Assembly (NCBI GenBank): GCA_964291675.2 | Contig: OZ219866.1 | Span: forward strand, 160,001 to 224,000 | Reading direction: 5' to 3' | Origin: Alphaproteobacteria bacterium | Lineage (GTDB): Bacteria > Pseudomonadota > Alphaproteobacteria > MPNO01 | Length of the DNA stretch: 64,000 bases | Shown here: positions 51,234 through 59,856 of the stretch, in pieces | Position numbering within the stretch: position 1 is the stretch's first letter | Layout: each line of letters begins with the position of its first letter | Translations under genes and position numbers: made by a program | The notes under the pieces: generated by a model | What the model was told of the DNA's origin: nothing | What the model saw: the letters and a program-made list of their open reading frames with translations, nothing else | The model's database searches: none

Positions 51234-52016
51234 TCAGCGGCGTCTCTCCGGGAGGCGGGGCAGCAGGCTGCGAACATGGCCGAGCAGCAGCCGGTACACG
51301 CTGCGTTCGCGGAGGCTCATGCCCCGGATCTTCTCGGAATAGTACCGTTCCGCCTGCTTGAGGGCGGTCCGGGAGGTCAGCGTCGCGCGGTCCCGGAACG
51401 CTTCGTCGCCCCATCTGGCATCGAGCAGTCTCGTCGTGACGCCCATCCTCAGCCGCTGCGTGTATTCCCCTTCGTTGCCGAGCTCGCCGAGCCCGAGGCT
51501 CGATACCGAGGTGACGCAGATGTCGAGCGCGCCGACCCCGTCATGCGAATCCAGCGCCCGCGCCGCCGCGCCGGAGACGCGCCGGTCGCAGGCGCGAAGC
51601 TCGCCCGGTACAGCGCGCCGGATCTCCCTCTCGAGCTCCCCGAAAGACACGACTTCATACCCCGCGTCGTGCAGGACGCGGCTCATCCCGCTATGCAGGA
51701 CCGCGGCGAATTCCGGATCGATGCCGCCCCCGCCCAGGCGAAGGAACAGCCGGCCCTTGGGTTCGAGATCCTCCCCGCCGAGGATCCGCTTCAGGTCCCG
51801 CTCGGTTTTCGCGAGACCGTCGAACACCTCCGTGACCGCCTCATGCACGCTCTTCTCGGCGTGTTTGGGGTGGGGAACGACGTAGTCGGTCACCGCCTGG
51901 CAGCCGGCGCCGAGGCAGACGACCGCCGACAGGCACAGCGCCGCGAGCCAGGGGTTCCGTCTCGCGGACGCCCCGACCGGCGGGAGGCTCTGCGATCGCG
52001 TTTCGGCTCGTTTCAG
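51234..52016 (-). CDS. Putative lipoprotein, probable CTG start
   Basis: Frame extends upstream through WLAALCLSAVVCLGAGC (lipobox) to a CTG preceded by GGAGG. Confidence 0.55.
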   Translation of the reverse strand: MKRAETRSQSLPPVGASARRNPWLAALCLSAVVCLGAGCQAVTDYVVPHPKHAEKSVHEAVTEVFDGLAKTERDLKRILGGEDLEPKGRLFLRLGGGGIDPEFAAVLHSGMSRVLHDAGYEVVSFGELEREIRRAVPGELRACDRRVSGAAARALDSHDGVGALDICVTSVSSLGLGELGNEGEYTQRLRMGVTTRLLDARWGDEAFRDRATLTSRTALKQAERYYSEKIRGMSLRERSVYRLLLGHVRSLLPRLPERRR

Positions 52017-52401
52017 CTTCGCCCTCCCTGAGTTCCGATCGCCGGCGGCTCGCGGATGTCCGGGCGGTCGCTTACCGCGAGAACCTGCGGGGAGTTTTCC
52101 ATGCGCTACAGCTTACGCCGCTCCCGGCCCGAAGGCGGAACCGAAATGTAACAGGATGTGCCACGCCGCGTGGGCGATGCGCTTGCGAGCCCGGCCAGCC
52201 GGGCGGCGGCGCTCCTCTCCCGATCGCACAATTGCGTGACACCGCACGCGGCGATTGCAATCTCCCGTCCCCGCGACCACCTCCCTGTGCATGGAACGCT
52301 GCCTCGGCAAACCCGCGGGATCGCATCGTCGCCGGCCCTCGCGCGCGGCGCGGCGGTGTCGGTGCCGCTCCCCGGAGAGGCGCGCGACCGGGAGGTTTTC
52401 G

Positions 52402-54153
52402 ATGGCGAACCGGCTTGTGCTGCTGTGTCTGCTGTTCCTGTCGGGCGCCTCCGCCGCGGCCGCGGAGGGCGGCGCGTGTCGCGCGTCTCCCGACTATGAC
52501 TGCCTGATCGGCTTCGCCCGCGCGACCGCCGCAACGATCCAGAAACCCCGGTCCAGGGCCGGGGCGCTCAGGGACGTTGCGGCGGTGCAGCTCCGTGTGG
52601 GCGATGCGACGGGCGCAAGCGCGACCCTCCGTGCGGCGCGCGCGGCCCTCGCGACGATGGAAAACGCTTTCCTCAGGGACCAGGATCTTGCGCGTATCGC
52701 GCCGGCCCAGGCCAAGGCGGGCGATCCCGCGGGCGCGCGCGAGACCGCCGGGACGATCGAGGACGCGGTCTACAGGCGGAGCGCCCGGCGTTTCGTGGCG
52801 AAGGCGCAGGCCGAGGCCGGCGATCCCGAGGGGGCGCGCGCGACCGCCGAGGCGATCGCAGACCCGCGGGCCAGGTCCTGGGCTCTCGCCCTCATAGCGG
52901 CGGCGCAGGCCGCGGCCGGCGATCCCGCGGGGGCAGGCGCGACGGCCGCGAAGATCGGGAGCGCCCGGGGCCGGGACTCGGCGCTCGCCGGGGCGGCGGC
53001 GGCACAGGCCGAGGCGGGCGACCCCGGGGGCGCAAGCGCAAGCGCCGGGAAGATCGGGAACGCCGGGGCCAGGGCCCGGGCTCTCGCGCGGATAGCGGCG
53101 GCGCAGGCCGAGGCGGGCGATGCGAAGGGTGCGCGGGCAAGCCTTGCAGCGGCGCGCGCGGCCGCCGGAGAGATCGAGAATGCCTCGGCCAGGGTCCGGG
53201 CGTTCCAGGAGATGGCGGCGGCGCAGGCCGGGGCGGGCGACCCGGAGGGCGCGCGCCGGTCCCTCGAAACGGCGGGCGCGGCCGCCGGGAAGATCCGACG
53301 CGGCGATGTCAGGACCTGGCTTCGCGTGCGCATAGCGCAGGCGCAGGCCGCGGCGGGCGATCCGGACGGCGCGCTCGCCACCGCTCGAAGAATCGAACAC
53401 GCCGGGTACAGGTTCAACACCCTTGCCATGATGGCGGGGGCGAAGGCGGCGGCGGGGGATCCCGAGGGTGCGCTGGCGGTTGTCGAGGAGTTCGCAGGCG
53501 CCGCCGCCCGGGCCGGGGCCCTCGGGCTGATGGCGAAGGCGCAGGCCGAGGCGGGCGACATCGAGGGCGCGCACCGAACCGCCGGGAAGATCGAAGACGC
53601 CCGTGCCAGGGCCCACGCCCTGGACGAGATAGCCCAGGCCCTGGCCAGGGCGGGCGATGCCGGCGGCGCGCTCGCGACCGCGCGCAAGACCGACCCCGCG
53701 CATGCCCGACCCCGGGCTCTCTCGCGCATCGCGGGGGCGCAGGCCAGGGCGGGCGATACCGGCGGCGCGCTCGCGACCGCGGCGCGGATCGCACGGCCCG
53801 CCTCCAGGGCCATGGCGGTTGCGGGAATAGCCGCGGCGCGGGCCGCGGCGGGGGATTGGCGGGGGGCGCGCGAGACCGCCGGGAAGATCGGCGGCGCCCA
53901 CGCCAACGGCGACGCTCTCGCGCAGGCCGCGAAGGCGCAGGCCGCGGCGGGCGATGCGCAGGGCGCGCTCGCGACCGCCGCGCGGATCCGGCCCGCCTAC
54001 ACCAGGGCCTCGGCCCGGCGGGCGATTGCCGAGGCACAGGCCGCGGCGGGCGATGCGAAGGCAGCGCTCGCGACCGCGGAGACGATCGAACGCGCCGATG
54101 TCAAGGCAAAGGCCCTCGCGCGCATGGCGGAGACCTTGGCCCGGCGCGGATGA
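52402..54153 (+). CDS. Secreted TPR-like helical-repeat protein 2
   Basis: GGAGG RBS, MANRLVLLCL signal, CRASPDYDC, many AQA.AGD repeats. Confidence 0.82.
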   Translation: MANRLVLLCLLFLSGASAAAAEGGACRASPDYDCLIGFARATAATIQKPRSRAGALRDVAAVQLRVGDATGASATLRAARAALATMENAFLRDQDLARIAPAQAKAGDPAGARETAGTIEDAVYRRSARRFVAKAQAEAGDPEGARATAEAIADPRARSWALALIAAAQAAAGDPAGAGATAAKIGSARGRDSALAGAAAAQAEAGDPGGASASAGKIGNAGARARALARIAAAQAEAGDAKGARASLAAARAAAGEIENASARVRAFQEMAAAQAGAGDPEGARRSLETAGAAAGKIRRGDVRTWLRVRIAQAQAAAGDPDGALATARRIEHAGYRFNTLAMMAGAKAAAGDPEGALAVVEEFAGAAARAGALGLMAKAQAEAGDIEGAHRTAGKIEDARARAHALDEIAQALARAGDAGGALATARKTDPAHARPRALSRIAGAQARAGDTGGALATAARIARPASRAMAVAGIAAARAAAGDWRGARETAGKIGGAHANGDALAQAAKAQAAAGDAQGALATAARIRPAYTRASARRAIAEAQAAAGDAKAALATAETIERADVKAKALARMAETLARRG

Positions 54154-54312
54154 GCCCGTCGGCGCCCGCCCCGCCGCGGAAAGCCGGCTTCCCCGAGGCG
54201 CCGCCCGCGCCCCCGCCACGCCGTCGGGCCCGGCGCCGCGCTTCGGTGTGGAACAGCGCGTGCGCGGGGTATATCGTGTCTGTCCTGCAACTCACGCGCG
54301 AGGTCGTGCGCG

Positions 54313-55620
54313 ATGGCCGCGAGGCGGACGGCGGGGCGGACGGTGCCGGGGGCGGCCGGGCTGCTTGCGCTCTGCCTCGCCTGCCTGCTTGGCGCCTCCG
54401 CCGCGGCGCGGGACGGCGGGTGCCGCGCCGCGCCCGATTATGCATGCGCCATCGCACGCGCGCTGGCGGCCGCCGGGGAGATCGAAGACGCATTCCTGAA
54501 AGCCCTGGCTCTCGGCTACGCATTCAACATGCAAATCAAGGCCGGCGACGAGATGGGCGCGCGCGCCACCGTCGAACGGATGCGCGCCGCCGGAGAAGAG
54601 GAGCTGTATGCCGTACACATCGTTTCCGCGCTGATCGTCATGGCGACGATGCGGGCCGAGGCGGGCGACGTGAGCGGGGCGCTCGCGACGGTCGCGGAAA
54701 TCGGAGACGTGCTCGGCGAACCGCCGCCCTTGGTTCTGAGAGCGACGGTCCTGGCCAGGGCGGGAGATGCGGCGGGCGCGCTCGCCACCGTCGAAGAAAT
54801 CGAAGACGCTTCCGGCAAGGCGCAGGCGCTCGCGGTCGTGGCGACGGCGCAGGCCGAGGCGAACGATCCGAAGGGCGCGCTCGCGACCGCCGGCATGGCG
54901 CGCGCGCGCGCCGGCGGAATCGTAGGCGCCTCGGCCAGGGCCGGCACTCTCCTGAGCATCGCGGAGGTGCAGGCGAAGGCGGGCGACGCGAGGACCGCGC
55001 TCGCCACCGTCGAAGCGGCGCTCGCCGCCGCCGGGGACAGCCGAGACACCGTCCACGAGGACCGCGTTCTGGAGGAAGTAGCCAAGGCGCAGGCCAAGGC
55101 GGGCGACGCGAAGGGCGCCCGCGCCACCGCGGAAAGGATCGAACGCGCCGGCGGCAGGGTCCGCGCGCTGGCAAACGTCGCGGCGCTGCAAGCCCCGGGC
55201 TGCGATCCGGGGCGCGCCGGGGCAGGCGGCCCGAAATGCGCGCGCACGACCTTCGAAGCGGCGCTCGCGATCGCCCGGAACATCGAAGACGCGGACTCCA
55301 GGATCGCCGCGCTCGCGTTCATAGGGATCGCGCAGGCCAAGGCGGGCGATCCGAACGGCGCCCGCGCGACGGTTGCCGCGATGCGCGCGACCGTCGACGC
55401 CATCGAAGACGCCGACAGCGTGCCCGGCGCTCTCGCACTCCTGGCGGGTGTGCAGGTCGGGACCGGCGATCGCGAGGCGGGGCGCGCGACCATGACAGCG
55501 GCGTTCGCGGCCGCCGCGAGGATCGAAGCTCCCATGGGCAGGGCGTTCGCATTCGCCGGCATCGCCGCGCTGCTCGGCAAGCGGGAGCCGGCCGGACAGC
55601 CCCCGCCGGCGCCGCGCTGA
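54313..55620 (+). CDS. Secreted TPR-like helical-repeat protein 3
   Basis: Signal peptide, CRAAPDYAC, same repeats. Confidence 0.8.
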   Translation: MAARRTAGRTVPGAAGLLALCLACLLGASAAARDGGCRAAPDYACAIARALAAAGEIEDAFLKALALGYAFNMQIKAGDEMGARATVERMRAAGEEELYAVHIVSALIVMATMRAEAGDVSGALATVAEIGDVLGEPPPLVLRATVLARAGDAAGALATVEEIEDASGKAQALAVVATAQAEANDPKGALATAGMARARAGGIVGASARAGTLLSIAEVQAKAGDARTALATVEAALAAAGDSRDTVHEDRVLEEVAKAQAKAGDAKGARATAERIERAGGRVRALANVAALQAPGCDPGRAGAGGPKCARTTFEAALAIARNIEDADSRIAALAFIGIAQAKAGDPNGARATVAAMRATVDAIEDADSVPGALALLAGVQVGTGDREAGRATMTAAFAAAARIEAPMGRAFAFAGIAALLGKREPAGQPPPAPR

Positions 55621-55649
55621 ACGGCGGGCGCCGGGCGGAGCGGGGCTGG

Positions 55650-55918
55650 CGGGCAACGCGGCGGGCGCGGGCCCTGGCCGCCATCGCCGCGGCTGTCGCC
55701 AGGCGGTGCAGGCGGGGGCGGGCGACAGCGCGGGCGCGTTCGCGACCGCCGGGAAGATCGGGGGCGGCAAGCAACAGGCGCTCCGGGACATCGCGGCGGC
55801 ACAAGCGGCGGCGGGCGATGCGCAGGGCGCGCTTGAGACCGCCAGGCTGATCCTACGCGCCGCGACCAGGCTGTGGGCGCTGACCGCCATCGCCGCCGCC
55901 CTCGCCGGGCGGCGCTGA
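55650..55918 (+). pseudogene. 3' fragment of a TPR-like paralog
   Basis: Frameshifted repeats ending RAATRLWALTAIAAALAGRR, identical to the protein 1 C-terminus. Confidence 0.7.
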
Positions 55919-56011
55919 CGCGGGCCGAAGGGGCGGGAGGCAAGCGGGTTTGGCGTGGCGCGAGTCCCATCCAATCTATATCATATCCGTTATAAGGCGG
56001 AGAAATACCCC

Positions 56012-56239
56012 GTGCTGTCCTTCAAGATCACCACGGTCGGCTCGTCCTCCGGCGTCATCCTCACCAAGGAGGCGATGGCGCGGCTCAGGGTGAAGAAAGG
56101 CGATACGCTCTATCTCACCGAGGCGCCGGACGGCGGCTACCGGCTGACCCCCTACGATCCCGAGTTCGCGCGCCAGATGGCGCTGGCCGAAGAGATCATG
56201 CACGACGATCGCGAGGTGCTGCGGGCGCTGGCGAAGTGA
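56012..56239 (+). CDS. AbrB/MazE-family antitoxin of a Doc module
   Basis: KITTVGSS.GVIL.KE, GDTLYLTE.PDGG.RLTPYDPEF. Confidence 0.88.
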   Translation: MLSFKITTVGSSSGVILTKEAMARLRVKKGDTLYLTEAPDGGYRLTPYDPEFARQMALAEEIMHDDREVLRALAK

Positions 56240-56636
56240 GCGCGGCCGTCTGGCGCCGGGTCGATGCCGGCGTGGTTCTGGCGGTCCATGACCGGCAGCT
56301 CGCCGAGCACGGCGGCGCTGACGGCATACGCGACCGGGGCGCGACCGGGGCGCGGTCGATGCGGCGCTCGCGCGTCCGCGCAACCTCGCGGCCTATGGCA
56401 ACCCCGACGCCGCCGACCTCGCGGCGGCCTATATCCGCGGCCTCGCCGCCGGCCATCCCTTCGTCGACGGCAACAAGCGCACCGCCTGGGTGGCAGGACG
56501 CCTCTTTCTCGCCGACAACGGCTATCGGCTCGCCTTCGACCCCCGCGACGCCGTCGCGCTGATGGAGGGCGTCGCGGCCGGGCGTGTCGACGAGACCGCG
56601 CTGGCGGGCTGGCTCCGCGCGCGGCTGGGGGGTTGA
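56236..56636 (+). pseudogene. doc: Doc/Fic toxin frameshifted by an 11-bp tandem duplication
   Basis: gcgaccggggc occurs twice at 56330-56351; removing one copy gives a 129-aa protein with HPFVDGNKR. Confidence 0.88.
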
Positions 56637-56679
56637 GGGGAAGGCCGCGCCCTCCCCGCGTCGCGCGTCGGCAGAGCGG

Positions 56680-56878
56680 CTATCTGGACGCGCCGAAGGC
56701 GGCCGTCAGGTCGGACCGCTCCAGCGTCCCTGCGGCGCCCTCGTGCGAGCGGCCGGTAAACATGCCCGACAGCGTGCCGGCGTCGCCGCCGGTCTGCCGG
56801 AACCGGTTGCCGCTGACGGCGATCCGGTAGGCGAGGTCGCCGTCGCCCCATCGAGTGCCGGTCCCCGCCGCGCCGGGC
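56680..56878 (-). pseudogene. 3' remnant of a TbpB-like beta-barrel protein gene
   Basis: WGDGDLAY..GMFTGRSHEGAAGTLERSDLTAAFGASR*, with no start codon. Confidence 0.5.
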
Positions 56879-56889
56879 GATGGGAAGGG

Positions 56890-57125
56890 CGCGCTCAGGA
56901 GCGTCGAGGCGGCGTCCGCGGCCGCCGGGAAGACCGGTCACGCCGCCATGGCCGTGGCTCTCGCGCGCATCGCCGCGGCGCTCGCCAAGCGGCGATGACG
57001 CGGACATCCCGCCGCCTCGGCGTGGGGATTGGGGACGCAGGGTCGCGTCGGCGAGCCGGAGCCGGGGCGCGGCCCTTGGCCAACAGTCTCTTCGTGCTGT
57101 GCCTCGCCTGCCCGCTGGCCACGCC
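56890..57125 (+). pseudogene. Fragments of TPR-like paralogs: a C-terminus (..ALARIAAALAKRR* at 56998) and a signal-peptide start (LANSLFVLCLAC from 57076)
   Basis: Resemble the termini of proteins 1-4. Confidence 0.55.
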
Positions 57126-57139
57126 AACGACACTTCTTC

Positions 57140-57274
57140 CGTCATGCCCGGACTTGATCCGGGCACCCATGGCCGGACTTGATCCGGCCACCCACCGGCG
57201 CCGCCACCCCTCCCCACGGCCCGCCGTGCGCGCCATAGGCCGCATGGGTGCCCGGATCAAGTCCGGGCATGACG
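57140..57274. repeat. REP-like palindrome, family B, with perfect 32-bp arms
   Basis: cgtcatgcccggacttgatccgggcacccatg / catgggtgcccggatcaagtccgggcatgacg, plus an internal third half-copy. Confidence 0.85.
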
Positions 57275-57426
57275 AGGGGGGTGCATGACGGGGGTGCATG
57301 AGGAGGTGGGGAAGCATGGCGAGCGTTCCGACGTTCGGGCGCGACGCCGGGGACCGCCGGCGGCCGCGCCGCCCCCCGTGACGCCCGGCCCCCGCTCCGT
57401 CAAGTAATCTGGACAAGCCCCTTTCG

Positions 57427-58227
57427 ATGGCGGCGAGACTGTTCCTACTGTGCCTTGCCTGGCTGCTCGCCTTCCCCTCCACGGCGCTCGACGACGGCCG
57501 GCGCGAGTGTCGCGCCGCGCCCGATTATTCCTGCCTGATCGACTGCGCGCTGGCGACCGCCGAAAGCGACGACAACCCCCACACGAGGGTCTCGCTCCTC
57601 TTGGCCATAGGCGAGGCACAGGCCAAGGCGGGCGATCCGATGGGCGCGCTGGCGACCGCCGACAGGATCGAAGACCCTTACGCAAGGATCCGGGCGCTCG
57701 CGGTTGGCGCGGCGGCGCAGGCCAGGGCGGGCGATCCCGAGGGTGCGCTGGAGACCGCCGGGAAGATCGAAGACCCTTATCAAGAAGCCCGGGCGCTGCG
57801 GGATATCGCGGCGGAGCAGGCCAGGGCGGGCGACATGAAGGGCGGGCTGGCGACCGCCGGGGAGATCGAACGCGCTTCATTCAAGGCCGAGGCCCTGCGG
57901 GATATCGCGGAGACGCAGGCGAGAACGGGCGACGCGAAGGGGGCGCTCGCGACCTTGGTTGCGGCGCTCGCGGCCGCCGGGAAGATCGAGGACGCCGAGG
58001 GCAGGGCACGGGCTCTCATGCGCTTCGCCGCGGTTCTCGCAGGGTGGAAACGATCGGGGAGGGGCCGCGCCCGGAACCGTTCTCTCAGGCCCTCCCGCCA
58101 ACCGTGTGATGTGGCGCGCTTTCACGCCCCTGGCAAACGGCCGCCGCAGGCCCGCCCCGTCCCCCGGGGACGCAAAATTGCCGTATCAGGCCGATATTTG
58201 CCGCCAAAAATAGGTCAGCAACGCTGA
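57427..58227 (+). CDS. Secreted TPR-like helical-repeat protein 4 (non-repeat tail)
   Basis: MAARLFLLCLAW signal, CRAAPDYSC, repeats. Confidence 0.75.
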   Translation: MAARLFLLCLAWLLAFPSTALDDGRRECRAAPDYSCLIDCALATAESDDNPHTRVSLLLAIGEAQAKAGDPMGALATADRIEDPYARIRALAVGAAAQARAGDPEGALETAGKIEDPYQEARALRDIAAEQARAGDMKGGLATAGEIERASFKAEALRDIAETQARTGDAKGALATLVAALAAAGKIEDAEGRARALMRFAAVLAGWKRSGRGRARNRSLRPSRQPCDVARFHAPGKRPPQARPVPRGRKIAVSGRYLPPKIGQQR

Positions 58228-58231
58228 CCAT

Positions 58232-58247
58232 TGTTTCACGTGAAACA
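58232..58247. promoter_or_regulatory. parS: parS site
   Basis: Perfect TGTTTCACGTGAAACA. Confidence 0.9.
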
Positions 58248-58254
58248 TTAGGCC

Positions 58255-59217
58255 TCAGTCGTTGTCGCGCTTGGCCCGGGTCGCCTCGAACTCGCTCAAG
58301 GGCGGCGAGATGTAGTTCCTGAGTTCGGCGATGTCGGCCGGCGGGCCGTCGCCCACCGGGCGGTCGCCCTTGATGGTCACCCGGTGCATCAGCCGGCGCT
58401 CGGGATAGTAGTCGTGCAGCGCCGAGTGCTGGACCGAGCGGTTGTCCCAGAACACCACCATGCCGGGCTGCCAGCGGTGCCGGTAGTGGTACTCGTGGCG
58501 CATCGTCCGGCGGTAGAGGAATTCGAGGATGGCGCGGCCCTCGTCCTCGTCCATGCCCTTGATGTGGGTGGTGAACGAGCGGTTGACGAACACCGCCTTG
58601 CGCCCGGTGACGGGGTGGACGCGGACCAGCGGGTGGGCCCGCGGCCGGTAGACCTCCTCGTAGTGGCGCAGCCGGTCGCGGCCGTGCTTCGAATCGGGGA
58701 ACAGCTTCTTGAAGGTGATGAAGTCGTGCACCGCCTCGAGCCCGTCGAGCAGGCGCTGCATGCGCCCCGACAGCCCCTCCCACAGCGCGTGCATCGAGCA
58801 GAACGCGGTGTCGCCGGCCGGCGCCGGCACGATCTTGGCGCTCAGCATGGTGCCCATCGGCGGGCACTCGCGGAAGGTCTCGTCGGAGTGCCAGATATCG
58901 GTCGAGGGCGGCGGGTTGCCCTCCTTGTTGTCGAACACGATGAGCTCGGGCGTCTCGGCGGAGTTGGTCGAGAACGGGTGCACGGTGAGCTCGCCCATCC
59001 GGCGGCCGAAGGCGACGAGCTGCTCGGCGCTCAGATGCTGGTCGGGGAAGGCGAGCACGCCGTGCCGGGCATGGGCGGCCAGCACCGCGTCCGCCTGGGC
59101 CTGGCTCAGCTCCCGCTTGAGGTCGATGCCGGTCACCTCGGCGCCGCAGAACACGCCGAGCCTCTGGATCCGGATTCCGGTGTCGTCCTGGACGGCATGG
59201 ATGGCGCTGGTGGCCAT
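58255..59217 (-). CDS. TauD/TfdA family 2-oxoglutarate dioxygenase
   Basis: WHSD, GDTAF, HPLVRVHP.TGRK, WDNR..QH. Confidence 0.9.
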   Translation of the reverse strand: MATSAIHAVQDDTGIRIQRLGVFCGAEVTGIDLKRELSQAQADAVLAAHARHGVLAFPDQHLSAEQLVAFGRRMGELTVHPFSTNSAETPELIVFDNKEGNPPPSTDIWHSDETFRECPPMGTMLSAKIVPAPAGDTAFCSMHALWEGLSGRMQRLLDGLEAVHDFITFKKLFPDSKHGRDRLRHYEEVYRPRAHPLVRVHPVTGRKAVFVNRSFTTHIKGMDEDEGRAILEFLYRRTMRHEYHYRHRWQPGMVVFWDNRSVQHSALHDYYPERRLMHRVTIKGDRPVGDGPPADIAELRNYISPPLSEFEATRAKRDND

Positions 59218-59265
59218 GGCGGACCTCCCCCTTCTGACCCGGCGCGAGCCTAGCACGGCCGCGCC

Positions 59266-59856
59266 CTACAGTTCGACCCCGCGATTGGCCCAGGCGCGGC
59301 GCCACTTGCCGGCGAGGTCGGGGTCGAACAGGAGGCGGGCATCGCCCGGCGCGATCGCCCAGTCGTCGCGCGCGAGCTCGGATTCGAGCTGGCCCGGCGC
59401 CCAGCCGGAATAGCCGAGGATGAACAGCGCGCGCCCCTCGCGCCTTCCCATCTCGCGCAGGATGTCGGGATCGGCCGACAGGTACACGTCCTTCGCCACC
59501 TCGACCGAGCCCGCCCCCGGGTAGTCGCCGGAGTGCAGGATGTAGCCCTCCTCCGCCCCCACCGGCCCGCCGTAATGCACCGGGATCCGGCGGCCCTCGC
59601 GCCCGGACGGCGCCGAGCCCGGGTCGAGGATGTTCTCGGCCCAGTCCTCGGCCAGCACCCGGTTGATGACGAACCCCATCGCGCCGTCCGGGCCGTGGCG
59701 GATCAGGTAGATCACCGTGCCGGCGAAGCGCGGGTCGGGCATCGAGGGCGCGGCGACGAGGAACCAGCCCTTCAGGCTGCCGGGCGCCGCGGCCGCCGCG
59801 CCGGGGACCGCGAGCAGCACCAGCGCCACGGCGAGGGCTGCGGCGCGGGCGATCAC
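59266..59856 (-). CDS. YqgE/AlgH family protein
   Basis: DPRF, GAMGFVIN, GGPV, GYSGWAPGQLE.E. Confidence 0.88.
   Translation of the reverse strand: MIARAAALAVALVLLAVPGAAAAAPGSLKGWFLVAAPSMPDPRFAGTVIYLIRHGPDGAMGFVINRVLAEDWAENILDPGSAPSGREGRRIPVHYGGPVGAEEGYILHSGDYPGAGSVEVAKDVYLSADPDILREMGRREGRALFILGYSGWAPGQLESELARDDWAIAPGDARLLFDPDLAGKWRRAWANRGVEL

Noticed and set aside
35229-57274. CRISPR array
   Set aside because: The repeats are dispersed palindromes, not regularly spaced direct repeats, and there are no cas genes.
49186-58227. Diversity-generating retroelement acting on the TPR genes
   Set aside because: No reverse transcriptase in the window, and differences between the 108-bp repeats are not adenine-specific.
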